Positions 1 to 64,000 of a stretch of 64,000 nt of DNA are shown here, piece after piece. The stretch comes from Eledone cirrhosa (taxonomy: Eukaryota): the NCBI GenBank assembly GCA_964016885.1, contig OZ024744.1, positions 4,588,001 through 4,652,000 of the forward strand, read 5' to 3'. Position 1 is the stretch's first letter. Each line of letters opens with the position of its first letter. The position numbers were made by a program, and so were the translations under genes. The notes under the pieces are model-generated. The model saw nothing but the letters and a program-made list of their open reading frames with translations, was not told where the DNA came from and searched no databases.

Positions 1-64000
<64,000 letters not shown>

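Overview
AT-rich, microsatellite-laden animal genomic DNA. It is probably cephalopod (Octopus-like), inferred only from recalled SINE sequence. Almost the whole window is a tandem array of a ~1.4-1.9 kb unit: about 28 near-identical copies up to ~46 kb, then increasingly diverged, deleted and interrupted copies to the right edge. The ORF track is mostly artefact. Each unit carries two small + strand exons with canonical AG/GT sites (A = 60 nt, B = 66 nt, both phase 1-1). Spliced, they give an uninterrupted 42-aa repeat, [42 protein letters not shown], so the array looks like the interior of one large repeat-protein gene whose start and stop lie outside the window. The variable (TA)n tract in the B-to-A intron has been hit repeatedly by Penelope-like/hammerhead elements: a 466-bp hammerhead-ribozyme concatemer with an inverted 5' piece (10759-12996), a perfect 55-bp-arm palindrome centred on a hammerhead helix II (46.4-46.6 kb), a GIY-YIG 3' fragment with a C-rich UTR and hammerhead (48.8-50.4 kb), and an inverted-repeat Penelope-like element (52.5-55.9 kb). 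A further hammerhead-bearing insertion sits at 57.3 kb, and there are two tRNA-derived SINE pieces.
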